A program made the position numbers and the translations under genes. A DNA stretch of 64,000 nucleotides, taken from contig JASEHH010000007.1 in the NCBI GenBank assembly GCA_030017685.1, positions 1,824 to 65,823 of the forward strand. The letters are read 5' to 3'. Shown one piece after another: positions 27,561 to 36,221 of this stretch. Position 1 is the first letter of the stretch. Every line of letters begins with the position of its first letter. The stretch comes from Thermodesulfobacteriota bacterium. Its GTDB lineage: Bacteria; Desulfobacterota; BSN033; UBA1163. The notes below the pieces were generated by a model. That model did no database searches. It had not been told where the DNA came from and saw nothing but the letters and a program-made list of their open reading frames with translations.

Positions 27561-28120
27561 TTCTGGTTATCGATAATTATGACTCCTTTACATATAACCT
27601 GGTTCAATACCTCGGTGAACTGGGATCAACATGCGTAGTCTATCGGAACGATGAGATCGATCTTCAGACCATCGAAGAGAAGAATCCGAACCATCTGGTC
27701 ATCTCCCCGGGCCCTTGCACCCCAAGAGAAGCGGGCATCTCCGTACAGGCAATCCTCCGGATGGCCGGGAAGATTCCCATTCTCGGAGTCTGCCTGGGAC
27801 ATCAGTGTTTGGGGGCTGCTTTCGGAGGAGAGATCGTTCAGGCCAAACGCCTGATGCATGGGAAAGGTTCTCTAATCTATCATGATGGAAAGACGATCTA
27901 TAAAGACCTTCCTAACCCTTTTCAGGCCATCCGGTATCACTCGCTTCTCATTGAGCGAAAGAGCCTGCCAGATTGCCTGGAGATTTCTGCGGAGACTCAA
28001 GAAGGGGAGATTATGGGCGTGAGGCACAAACGATTTTCCATCGAAGGGGTCCAATTCCACCCCGAATCAATCATGACGGAAGGAGGAAAAATCCTTCTTA
28101 AGAATTTCTTAGAAATATAA
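27557..28120 (+). CDS. trpG: anthranilate synthase component II
   Basis: IDNYDSFTYN, SPGP, GVCLGHQ, QFHPES motifs. Confidence 0.96.
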   Translation: MILVIDNYDSFTYNLVQYLGELGSTCVVYRNDEIDLQTIEEKNPNHLVISPGPCTPREAGISVQAILRMAGKIPILGVCLGHQCLGAAFGGEIVQAKRLMHGKGSLIYHDGKTIYKDLPNPFQAIRYHSLLIERKSLPDCLEISAETQEGEIMGVRHKRFSIEGVQFHPESIMTEGGKILLKNFLEI

Positions 28121-28141
28121 TCCCCCCATCCCCCCCTTTCG

Positions 28142-28381
28142 GAGAGGGTGTCGTAATGGAGTTAATGGGCAACTCTTGGCAGAGCAGGTGGTCGGGTTCC
28201 TCACCTTTAGAATGCGGGTCTTTTAAGTTAGAGGGAAGAGGACTTTTAGATAATTCAATGTTTTCATAAGTTTGGAGCGACAGAGCTTAACAACGAAAGG
28301 TTTCCGCTCTAAAGGTTCGTCACCCAACCACCCGCTCCGCCTCTTATATAGGTGGCTTTTGGTGGATTATGACACAGTCTC
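28142..28381. mobile_element. MITE-like element (GAGACTGTGTC family) inside a C/G palindrome
   Basis: Ends GAGAGGGTGTCGTAAT / ATTATGACACAGTCTC; flanks ATCCCCCCCTTT and AAAGGGGGGGAT; internal long imperfect inverted repeat. Confidence 0.72.
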
Positions 28382-28409
28382 CAAAGGGGGGGATTAGAAT
28401 TAGAGGAGG

Positions 28410-29435
28410 ATGGCCATGTTTAAAGAGCTCATTAAACGATTGGTGGAAGGGAAGGACTTAAGGGAAGATGAGGCTTATGAGGCCATGTCATCCATCATGG
28501 ACGGGAAAGCCCTGCCCACCCAGATCGCTTCGTTTCTCACTGCCCTGAGGATGAAGGGGGAGACGGTCCCGGAGATTACCGGATTCGCACGGGCGATGAG
28601 AGCCCGAGCTCTCCCGATCCGATCAGCGAACGGGGAATATGTTGTGGACACTTGTGGTACCGGTGGGGATGGAAACAACACCTTTAACATTTCCACTGCT
28701 GTGGCTTTCGTTGCCGCTGGCAGTGGGTTAACCGTGGCCAAACATGGGAACCGTTCGGTGTCGAGCCAGTGCGGAAGCGCTGATGTTTTGGAGGCTTTAG
28801 GGGTTAACATCAATCTCGTCCCTGAGAGGGTGGAGCGTTGTTTGCTGGAGGTCGGCATGGCTTTTCTCTTTGCCCCTCTTTTTCATCCCGCCATGATGTA
28901 CGCCATCGGCCCACGAAGGGAGATGGGATTCCGCACGGTCTTCAACCTCCTCGGCCCCCTGACCAATCCAGCCGGAGCCAACGTTCAGGTTATAGGGGTT
29001 TACCGTAAGGATCTCGTTGGGCCAATCGCGGAGGTATTGAGAAATCTCGGATGCAAAGGAGCCCTGGTCGTCCATGGAGAGGATCATTGCGATGAGATCA
29101 GCATTACGGGGAAAACATTCATTGTCCAGCTTCAGAGGGGGAGGATTGAAAGTTATGAGGTTGAGCCCGAAGATATCGGCCTGAAGAGGAGGACCTTAGA
29201 GCAGATCCGGGGGGGAGGAGCGCAGGAGAATAAAAATATTCTCCTGGAGATTTTGGAGGGAGTCCATGGCCCCAGGCGGGAGGTTGTCCTTTTAAATGCA
29301 TCGGCTGTCTTTATGGCCGCAGAAAGGGTTTCAAACTTAAGGGACGGAATGGAAATGGCTGAAGAGTCCATTGACTCGGGCCGGGCAATGAGAAAACTTA
29401 AAGAGCTCATCCAATTTACGAATCGTGAGGGGTGA
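28410..29435 (+). CDS. trpD: anthranilate phosphoribosyltransferase
   Basis: DTCGTGGD, NIST, KHGNRSVSS, NLLGPLTNP motifs. Confidence 0.97.
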   Translation: MAMFKELIKRLVEGKDLREDEAYEAMSSIMDGKALPTQIASFLTALRMKGETVPEITGFARAMRARALPIRSANGEYVVDTCGTGGDGNNTFNISTAVAFVAAGSGLTVAKHGNRSVSSQCGSADVLEALGVNINLVPERVERCLLEVGMAFLFAPLFHPAMMYAIGPRREMGFRTVFNLLGPLTNPAGANVQVIGVYRKDLVGPIAEVLRNLGCKGALVVHGEDHCDEISITGKTFIVQLQRGRIESYEVEPEDIGLKRRTLEQIRGGGAQENKNILLEILEGVHGPRREVVLLNASAVFMAAERVSNLRDGMEMAEESIDSGRAMRKLKELIQFTNREG

Positions 29436-30217
29436 TGAAGATGTTTCTAAGAAAAATCGTCGAGAAAAAAAAGGAAGAGGTCGAAGTGAGAAAAAAGATC
29501 TTCTCCATTAGGGAGAGGGAGGAAGGGATTTCAAACCTTTCCCTTCCCCGGGATTTGATGGAGGCGATCTCTCAACATGCCCCCATGGCACTCATTGCTG
29601 AAATTAAGTTTGCCTCCCCCTCTGCCGGAGTGATCAAGACGGATGGAGATCCTCGCCAAATCGCAAGCGAATATGAGTCGGCAGGAGCCTCAGCCATTTC
29701 GGTTCTCACAGAACCCAATTTTTTCAAAGGGGATCTTTCCTATCTGGGCTTGGTGAAAGAGAAAACCTCCCTCCCCGTCCTTCAAAAGGATTTCATCATC
29801 GATCCTTTCCAGATTTTTGAAGGAAGGGCCGCGGGGGCGGATGCAGTCCTTCTCATCGCTGCCATTCTCGATCGAGAACAACTCAACGATTTTGTGGACC
29901 TGGCAACAAGCCTCCGGATGGTCCCTCTGGTTGAAATTCACGATGAGGACGATCTTGAAAAGATATCAACTCTCTCTCTTCCTCTGATAGGGATTAATAA
30001 CAGGAACTTGAAAACGTTTGAAGTTGACCTAAGGACGACCCTTCGGCTAAAGAAGGAGATTTCCTCGAGATCAAAAGTGATCAGTGAGAGCGGAATTAAG
30101 AGTTCCCATGAGGTGAGAGTACTTAGAGAAGCAGGAGTGGATGGCATTCTGGTGGGAGAGATTTTGATGAGAAGTTCCGATCCCACCTCAAAAATTAAGG
30201 AGCTTCTCAAGGGATGA
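29432..30217 (+). CDS. trpC: indole-3-glycerol phosphate synthase
   Basis: IAEIKFASPS, SVLTE, KDF, GINNRNL, SESGI motifs. Confidence 0.97.
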   Translation: MMKMFLRKIVEKKKEEVEVRKKIFSIREREEGISNLSLPRDLMEAISQHAPMALIAEIKFASPSAGVIKTDGDPRQIASEYESAGASAISVLTEPNFFKGDLSYLGLVKEKTSLPVLQKDFIIDPFQIFEGRAAGADAVLLIAAILDREQLNDFVDLATSLRMVPLVEIHDEDDLEKISTLSLPLIGINNRNLKTFEVDLRTTLRLKKEISSRSKVISESGIKSSHEVRVLREAGVDGILVGEILMRSSDPTSKIKELLKG

Positions 30218-30245
30218 CCACCCCCACCCATCCCTCCCCCCTCGG

Positions 30246-30402
30246 GAGACTGTGTCGCAATTGGGGAAATGGTCAAAAATGTCATGCTTTGAACCAGGTG
30301 CTGAACTTGTTTCAGTATTGTTTCAGCATCTCATAGAATCAACTACTTACGAGACCCTGAAATAAATTCAGGGTGACAAAATAATTATTACGACACAGTC
30401 TC
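30246..30402. mobile_element. 157-bp MITE with 16-bp TIRs and 4-bp target duplication
   Basis: GAGACTGTGTCGCAAT / ATTACGACACAGTCTC (15/16); TCGG at 30242-30245 and 30403-30406. Confidence 0.85.
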
Positions 30403-30455
30403 TCGGAAGGGGAGGGTGAGCCTGCCTGCCGCAGGCAGGGGTGGGGGAGGAGAAG

Positions 30456-31088
30456 ATGACCTGGATTAAGATCTGCGGGATCACTAATATTGAAGACGGC
30501 TTAGAGGCTGTTTCGCTGGGAGTTAATGCACTGGGCTTTATCTTCGCTCCCAGCCCGAGAAGGGTTGAGCCTTCTGTAGCGAAGGAGATCATTTCGGTTC
30601 TTCCTGAAACGCTTTTAAAAGTGGGAGTCTTTGTGAATGAAGATCCGGAAGAAGTCCTGCGAGTTGCTGAATATTGTGGCCTCAATGTCCTTCAATTTCA
30701 TGGACAGGAGTCACAGGAGTATTGTCAGAAATTTTTTATTCCGGTCTTCAAGGCCATTCGCATAAAGAATTTGGAAAGCTTAAAAGATATTGAGAATTAT
30801 CACGATGTGACCATCCTTCTTGATACCTACAGTCCTGTACAAGCGGGTGGAACGGGGAATCCCTTTCCAGGGGAGATCGCACTAAAAGCGAAAGAGGAAA
30901 GAGACTTTATCCTCTCCGGAGGACTGAGCCCATCGAATGTGGGAGAAGCCATCAAGAAAGTGAGGCCCATGGGAGTGGATGTTTGCTCAGGTGTGGAGGT
31001 AACTCCGGGAAAGAAAGATCCATTAAAAATGAGGGATTTTATAAAGGAGGTCAGAAAAGCGGATGAGCAGGATCGATCAAACATTTAA
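30456..31088 (+). CDS. trpF: phosphoribosylanthranilate isomerase
   Basis: KICGIT, SPRRV, QFHGQE, GGTG, DVCSGVE motifs. Confidence 0.96.
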   Translation: MTWIKICGITNIEDGLEAVSLGVNALGFIFAPSPRRVEPSVAKEIISVLPETLLKVGVFVNEDPEEVLRVAEYCGLNVLQFHGQESQEYCQKFFIPVFKAIRIKNLESLKDIENYHDVTILLDTYSPVQAGGTGNPFPGEIALKAKEERDFILSGGLSPSNVGEAIKKVRPMGVDVCSGVEVTPGKKDPLKMRDFIKEVRKADEQDRSNI

Positions 31089-31878
31089 AAAATTGAAAAA
31101 TAAATTTCGGGCGGCTTTGATCCCTTTTATCGTTGCCGGTGATCCGGATCTCGGTACAACAGAGGCGCTCATATTCAAAATGGTCGAAAACGGAGCGGAT
31201 ATGATCGAACTGGGCGTCCCTTTTCCAGAGCCGATTGCAGATGGCCCCACCATTCAGGCGACACACAAGCGAGCCCTCCAAAATGGAATCGGTCTAAAAG
31301 AGATACTCCGTATGACAGAGAGATTAAGAGACAGAATCCCACCTCTGATCCTGATGACCTACTTAAACCCTGTCTTAGAGTATGGCCTAAGAGATTTTGC
31401 AAAGGACTGCAAAGAGAATGGCGTCGATGGAGTCATTATCCCTGATCTAACTCCTGAAGAAGCAATGAAATGGGTCCGGGAAGCCCGAAGAACCGATTTA
31501 GACACTATTTTTCTTATTAACCCGGACAGTCCACTAGAACTTGTGAGATGGGCGAGCCGATCCAGTCGTGGATTTATTTACTATGCCACGGTGGCCGGTG
31601 CCACCGGTATAAGAGAGACTTTGCCAGAAGATCTCGAACGGTCTGTCAAGCGAATAAAAGAACAGAGTCAGAAGCCGGTGGCCGTCGGCTTCGGCATTTC
31701 CACTCCGGAACAGGCGAAGACGATCAGCCGTTTTGCTGATGGAGTTGTTGTGGGAAGCGCGATTGTGAAGATCATCGAGGAGAACCTCAAAAATCCGAAT
31801 ATGGTTAAAAGAGTAGGAGATTTCCTTGCCTCTTTTGCCAGGGCATTAAAAGGAAGTGGAAGGGAAATTAAATCATGA
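31063..31878 (+). CDS. trpA: tryptophan synthase alpha chain
   Basis: GDPD, IELGVPF..ADGPTIQ, GATG, VGFGIS, GSA motifs. Confidence 0.95.
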   Translation: MSRIDQTFKKLKNKFRAALIPFIVAGDPDLGTTEALIFKMVENGADMIELGVPFPEPIADGPTIQATHKRALQNGIGLKEILRMTERLRDRIPPLILMTYLNPVLEYGLRDFAKDCKENGVDGVIIPDLTPEEAMKWVREARRTDLDTIFLINPDSPLELVRWASRSSRGFIYYATVAGATGIRETLPEDLERSVKRIKEQSQKPVAVGFGISTPEQAKTISRFADGVVVGSAIVKIIEENLKNPNMVKRVGDFLASFARALKGSGREIKS

Positions 31879-32528
31879 TCCTATCTTTAGCAACGATTGG
31901 AGGCATCTCATTTGTATTGGCCCTATCCGGGGCTCTTACACCTGGGCCCCTTTTGACGATCACTATTAGTGAGTCAATGAGAAGAGGATTTATCACGGGT
32001 CCCTTACTCATTTTAGGCCATGGGATTTTGGAATTGACCTTGATCGTAGCCATTGTGAATGGGTTAGGGACTTTTTTAAAGAAAGGTCCTGTCATGGGCA
32101 CTGTGGCCATCATCGGTGGGCTGGTCCTTCTTTGGATGGGTTGGAAAATGGTTAAAGAGACTAAAGGAGTTTACCTTTCCTTTAAAGAACGGCCAGTTGA
32201 AAGATCGAAAACCTTACATCCGGTTTGGAGTGGCATTCTTGTCAGTCTCTCTAACCCTTACTGGTCCCTTTGGTGGGCCACTGTGGGGCTGAGCTATATG
32301 ATGACCGCCATGGAATATGGATTAATGGGTTTGATTGTCTTTTTTGTGGGTCACATATCGGCTGATTTCCTCTGGTTCAGTTTGGTCTCCTATGGAGTTA
32401 GCACCGGACGGAAAGTATTCAGTGAGAAATTATATCAGAGGATAGTGGAGGGCTGCGGACTTTTTCTACTCCTATTTGGAGTCTGGTTTCTTGTGGTGGG
32501 ATTGAGATATTTTTTTCGCTTAGGATAG
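31875..32528 (+). CDS. LysE family exporter
   Basis: SGALTPGP, GH..E, SNPYW..WW and hydrophobic helices. Confidence 0.88.
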   Translation: MILSLATIGGISFVLALSGALTPGPLLTITISESMRRGFITGPLLILGHGILELTLIVAIVNGLGTFLKKGPVMGTVAIIGGLVLLWMGWKMVKETKGVYLSFKERPVERSKTLHPVWSGILVSLSNPYWSLWWATVGLSYMMTAMEYGLMGLIVFFVGHISADFLWFSLVSYGVSTGRKVFSEKLYQRIVEGCGLFLLLFGVWFLVVGLRYFFRLG

Positions 32529-32680
32529 AAGCTACAGAGTAAAAAGAAAAGATCCTCCTATGGGTATGGTCATTTAATAGTATTTTTCAAGACAAAAAAT
32601 GTCACTATTTTGCATCCCGTAAAATTTTAATTTTTAATTTAGCCAATAGAAATCAAAGGGTTTCCTTATTTTATCTCTTT

Positions 32681-32696
32681 TGGTATTAAAGTTGCT
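32681..32696 (+). promoter_or_regulatory. sigma54 (-24/-12) promoter
   Basis: TGGTAT-N5-TTGCT; IHF-like AATCAAagggTTT about 25 bp upstream. Confidence 0.7.
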
Positions 32697-32737
32697 AATA
32701 TATTAACCAGGATAAATTTTTTTACATTATAGATTTG

Positions 32738-32970
32738 TCGATAAAGCCAAACCACGAGCAATCGTGGGGCGCCTGCCGCCGTAACGGTGGGGGGGCCCGC
32801 CGCTCCAGAAATGTGGAGGCGGGGAAAGCCACGCCTGCGTGCCGAAACGCCTGGCTACCGCAGGCAGGCAAATCAGCATGCGGGAGTGCTTGTAAGCCGA
32901 TACGCCAACCTAACATTGGCAGCACTACGGCATGCAGGCACGGGTCCCTCAGGGAAGCCGGGTTGCCGAA
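32738..32970 (+). ncRNA. c-di-GMP-I (GEMM) riboswitch interrupted by two insertions
   Basis: Removing 32772-32823 and 32834-32942 gives CGATAAAGCCAAACCACGAGCAATCGTGGGGCGGAAAGCCACGGGTCCCTCAGGGAAGCCGGGTTGCCG, with GNRA-capped P2, AAAGCC junction and GGGTTGCCG end. Confidence 0.8.
32834..32938. mobile_element. MITE inside the riboswitch
   Basis: TIRs CCTGCGTGCCG / CGGCATGCAGG (10/11); CACG direct repeat at 32830-32833 and 32939-32942. Confidence 0.75.
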
Positions 32971-33082
32971 GCGAAAGGAATTTTGCGGCCCGTGGTCTAT
33001 ATTGACACGGGCTTTTCTCTTTAAGAAACTCTTCAAACAAGAAGCAAATGAAGCAGAATGAACTTCACAAAAGGGGGATAAG

Positions 33083-34192
33083 ATGGCAGAGAATAACGTA
33101 GAAAAAAAAATATCCGTTTTAGAAAATTTTCTACCTGAGCTTGTCCACAGATTAAATAACCATCTGGGGTCTATACTCGGATATGGCCAGCTTTTACTGC
33201 CTAAAATGACTGATTCAGAGTCGAAGAAATATCTGGAGAGGATCATTGAGGAAGCTCATCGCTCATCTCACGTCATTAAAGACCTCGTGGACTTTATAAG
33301 AAAAAGAAAACCACAAAAAGAAGTTATTGATCTTAACGAGTTAATTGAGTCTGTACTTAAAATGAAAATCCGGGAATTAGATGCCAGGAGGATTGAAGTG
33401 GTAAAGGAATTGTCCCCATCTATTCCCCTTACTCTGGTTGATCCGAAACAAATCCAGGTGGCTTTAGCCAATCTTATTAACAATGCTGAAGAGACGATAA
33501 CGGAATTCCACGGATTTGGTGAAATCAGAGTAAAAACCTGTGAGATGGAGGGTCAGATAGAGATAGTTATCTCGGATGACGGACCTGGAATACCAGCAGA
33601 AAACATTTCTAAAATCTTCGACCCCTTTTGTATGACGATTAAGGGTAGAGGGACTGGACTTGAGCTTACGATTTCTCATGACACGGTCATCGAACATGGT
33701 GGCACAATGATTGTGGAAAGTGAATGGGGAAAGGGAACAACCTTCATTATTACCCTTCCGATCGCTGAAGGTGAAAAGAAAAAGGGGGAGGGGAAACGTA
33801 CTGAAATGAATCTAAGGGGACTGAAAGGGTTAGTGATCGATGATGAACGCACATTTCTCGATGTCGTTTCTAAATATTCGGAACTTATGGGATGTAAGAT
33901 CACTACGGCCTTGGATGCCAAGACAGCTTTAGCAAGCATTGAGAGTGAGGACTTTGACTTTGTGATCTGCGATATAAGAATGCCGAAGATGAGTGGAATC
34001 GAATTTTACGGCATTATAAAAGAAAAGAAACCCTCTTTAAAGGACCGAATCATCTTTTCTACAGGCGATGTCCTGAGTGATACGACACGTGAATTCATGG
34101 AATCGATCGACAATCCCTGCATAGAAAAGCCTTTTGACATGAGTGCACTTAAGGAGGTTATTATTAAAATTGTTGGAAACAACAGAAATTAA
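33083..34192 (+). CDS. sensor-less hybrid histidine kinase / response regulator
   Basis: HRLNN H-box, NLINNA, DDGPGI, receiver DD..D..K; G2 box altered (GTGLEL). Confidence 0.88.
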   Translation: MAENNVEKKISVLENFLPELVHRLNNHLGSILGYGQLLLPKMTDSESKKYLERIIEEAHRSSHVIKDLVDFIRKRKPQKEVIDLNELIESVLKMKIRELDARRIEVVKELSPSIPLTLVDPKQIQVALANLINNAEETITEFHGFGEIRVKTCEMEGQIEIVISDDGPGIPAENISKIFDPFCMTIKGRGTGLELTISHDTVIEHGGTMIVESEWGKGTTFIITLPIAEGEKKKGEGKRTEMNLRGLKGLVIDDERTFLDVVSKYSELMGCKITTALDAKTALASIESEDFDFVICDIRMPKMSGIEFYGIIKEKKPSLKDRIIFSTGDVLSDTTREFMESIDNPCIEKPFDMSALKEVIIKIVGNNRN

Positions 34193-34381
34193 GCGAACTC
34201 TTACCAAATCATTCTTATCAGTTAAGGGTATCCTGGCCGTCTTTTTCCTACCAAAATTGTAAACTTTAAAACAAAAATGTCTTTTCCCAGAATAATTTCG
34301 ATTTTTAATTCTTATCCAAAAATTGGATTTTTACTTAGAAATTAAATACTTACGCAATCGAAACCATTAAACCTATTAATT

Positions 34382-34397
34382 TGGCATATATTTTGCT
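34382..34397 (+). promoter_or_regulatory. sigma54 promoter
   Basis: TGGCAT-N5-TTGCT in AT-rich DNA upstream of the HTH gene. Confidence 0.72.
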
Positions 34398-34445
34398 TTC
34401 AATTAAAGTAAGATAAAACAAATTATAACAAAATGGGGTGAGTTA

Positions 34446-34667
34446 ATGGCGGCAATGTCGGCAATGAAAGATGATAACGTTTTAACCACAGATGAGGCAG
34501 CCCAATACCTGAAAATCTCAAAAGCAACTTTATTAAACCATATCCATCAGAGGAAGATAAAGGCTAAGAAAGTAGGAAGGAGTTGGAGAGTTCTCCAATC
34601 AGAAATATACCGATTTTTAAAGGAAGAGGAAGGAAAATCATATCATAGAAGTGACTTTCGAGATTAG
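34446..34667 (+). CDS. excisionase-like helix-turn-helix (HTH_17) protein
   Basis: VLTTDEAAQYLKIS...KVGRSWRV. Confidence 0.85.
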   Translation: MAAMSAMKDDNVLTTDEAAQYLKISKATLLNHIHQRKIKAKKVGRSWRVLQSEIYRFLKEEEGKSYHRSDFRD

Positions 34668-34734
34668 CTTGGGAGTACAAGAATGCAATCGACTATAAAA
34701 GGTATTTAGGGGGACTAAATGCTCTTAAGATTAG

Positions 34735-34750
34735 CGGCACAAAACTTGCT
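34735..34750 (+). promoter_or_regulatory. possible sigma54 promoter
   Basis: CGGCAC-N5-TTGCT. Confidence 0.5.
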
Positions 34751-35183
34751 TCTCTCTCCCTCCTCTCTCTTCTCTTGTTGCCTGCCTAAAACGCACGATC
34801 TCTCTCACCTTAATTGGAATTAAGGGGGTGAGCGAGGAGTTGGAACTATCTGTTTTCATTATATCTAAAAAATTGCTTCATACCTTAAACCTTAATATAA
34901 CAGAAAAAAATAAGACAGTTTTTGTGGAGGAATTCATGGATCGCTTTTTCACCGGGCATTTTTGAACAGATGGGGCAAGATCAGTATTGCTTTGCTTATA
35001 ATCTGAATTGTGATTGTGGCTGGTTTAAGGATTGTTATTTCAGTGAGAAACTATCTATAAGGAAAGAATTCCAAAACAGGACATTCAAGTAAGGCGGCTG
35101 CCTGCCTGAGTTGATCAAAAGATTTTTGGGATGAGACACTTAATCTGTGTAATCAGATAATCTTTTCCCATGGAGAAGACAAA

Positions 35184-36215
35184 ATGAGCGGCGAAGTTAA
35201 AACAAAAAAGTTATTCCAATATACATATCTTCTTTTGATAGGGGGAGTCATAGCGCTACTGGTTGGTTATTTTTGGCTCAGTCAGAAACAACAAAGACCA
35301 GGTGAGCCGCTTGAAAAAGTAACCCTTGCTGAACCAACCCAACCAAGTGCGGGACCTGTATATATCGCTTACATAAAAGGCTACTTCAAAGATGAAGGGC
35401 TTGATGTAACGCTTCAACCTCACACATCAGGAAAGGCCGCCCTCAATGCAGTATTGGAGGGAAAAGCAGATTTAGCAGTTGTTGCAGAAACCCCGATCAT
35501 GTTTGCTGTGATGAGGGGAGAGAAAATATACGCGATAGCTACACTATTTACCTCGGAGAAAAATATGGCGATTATTGCGAGAAAGGATAGGAAAATTTCT
35601 CTACCCGCCGACCTTAAAGGCAAAAGAATTGGAGTGAGTATCGGGACAAATGGAGAGTTCTTCATGGATGCGCTCTTAGTGATGCATGGAATACCTGTGA
35701 AAGAAGTTAAAGCAGTTAGTTTGACACCGGAGGAAATGTTTGACTCTTTAGTAAAAGGTGAAGTTGATGCCGTATCAACCTGGCACCCCCACCTGATCCG
35801 CTTACAAAAGAAATTTGGTGAAAGGGCAATAACATTCTACGGCGATGGGATATATACCTGGACATTTAACGTCGCTGTCATGCAAGAGTTTGCTCATAAA
35901 AATCCAGAAGTTATTCAAAGGGTTCTCCGGACTCTGATTAAGGCGGTAGAATTTATTAGAGAAAATCCAGATGAATCGCGCAAGATCATAGCAGACTATA
36001 TCAGGATGGATGAATCCCTGCTTCGTGAACTATGGGGCATCTATAACTTCGGCATAACGCTGGAACAATCTCTTTTAATAAACTTAGAGAATCAAACGCG
36101 ATGGGCAATAAAGAACAAGTTAACCGATAAAACAAAGGTTCCAAACTACCTTAATTTTATCTATCTTGACGGGTTGAAGGCGGTGAAACCTGAAGCGGTG
36201 ACAATTATCAGGTGA
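35184..36215 (+). CDS. NrtA/SsuA/NMT1-family substrate-binding protein (copy 1)
   Basis: N-terminal membrane anchor; GYFKDEGLDV, DLKGKRIGV, GEVDAVSTW motifs. Confidence 0.9.
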   Translation: MSGEVKTKKLFQYTYLLLIGGVIALLVGYFWLSQKQQRPGEPLEKVTLAEPTQPSAGPVYIAYIKGYFKDEGLDVTLQPHTSGKAALNAVLEGKADLAVVAETPIMFAVMRGEKIYAIATLFTSEKNMAIIARKDRKISLPADLKGKRIGVSIGTNGEFFMDALLVMHGIPVKEVKAVSLTPEEMFDSLVKGEVDAVSTWHPHLIRLQKKFGERAITFYGDGIYTWTFNVAVMQEFAHKNPEVIQRVLRTLIKAVEFIRENPDESRKIIADYIRMDESLLRELWGIYNFGITLEQSLLINLENQTRWAIKNKLTDKTKVPNYLNFIYLDGLKAVKPEAVTIIR

Positions 36216-36221
36216 TGAATT

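Noticed and set aside
32722..33246. ORFs 32722-33246, 32735-33061 and 32787-33005
   Set aside because: Open frames arise from GC-rich palindromic inserts over the riboswitch; no protein motifs
34446..34667. Excisionase-like gene as evidence of a prophage or ICE
   Set aside because: No integrase, att site, tRNA or phage genes nearby; stand-alone HTH_17 regulators are common
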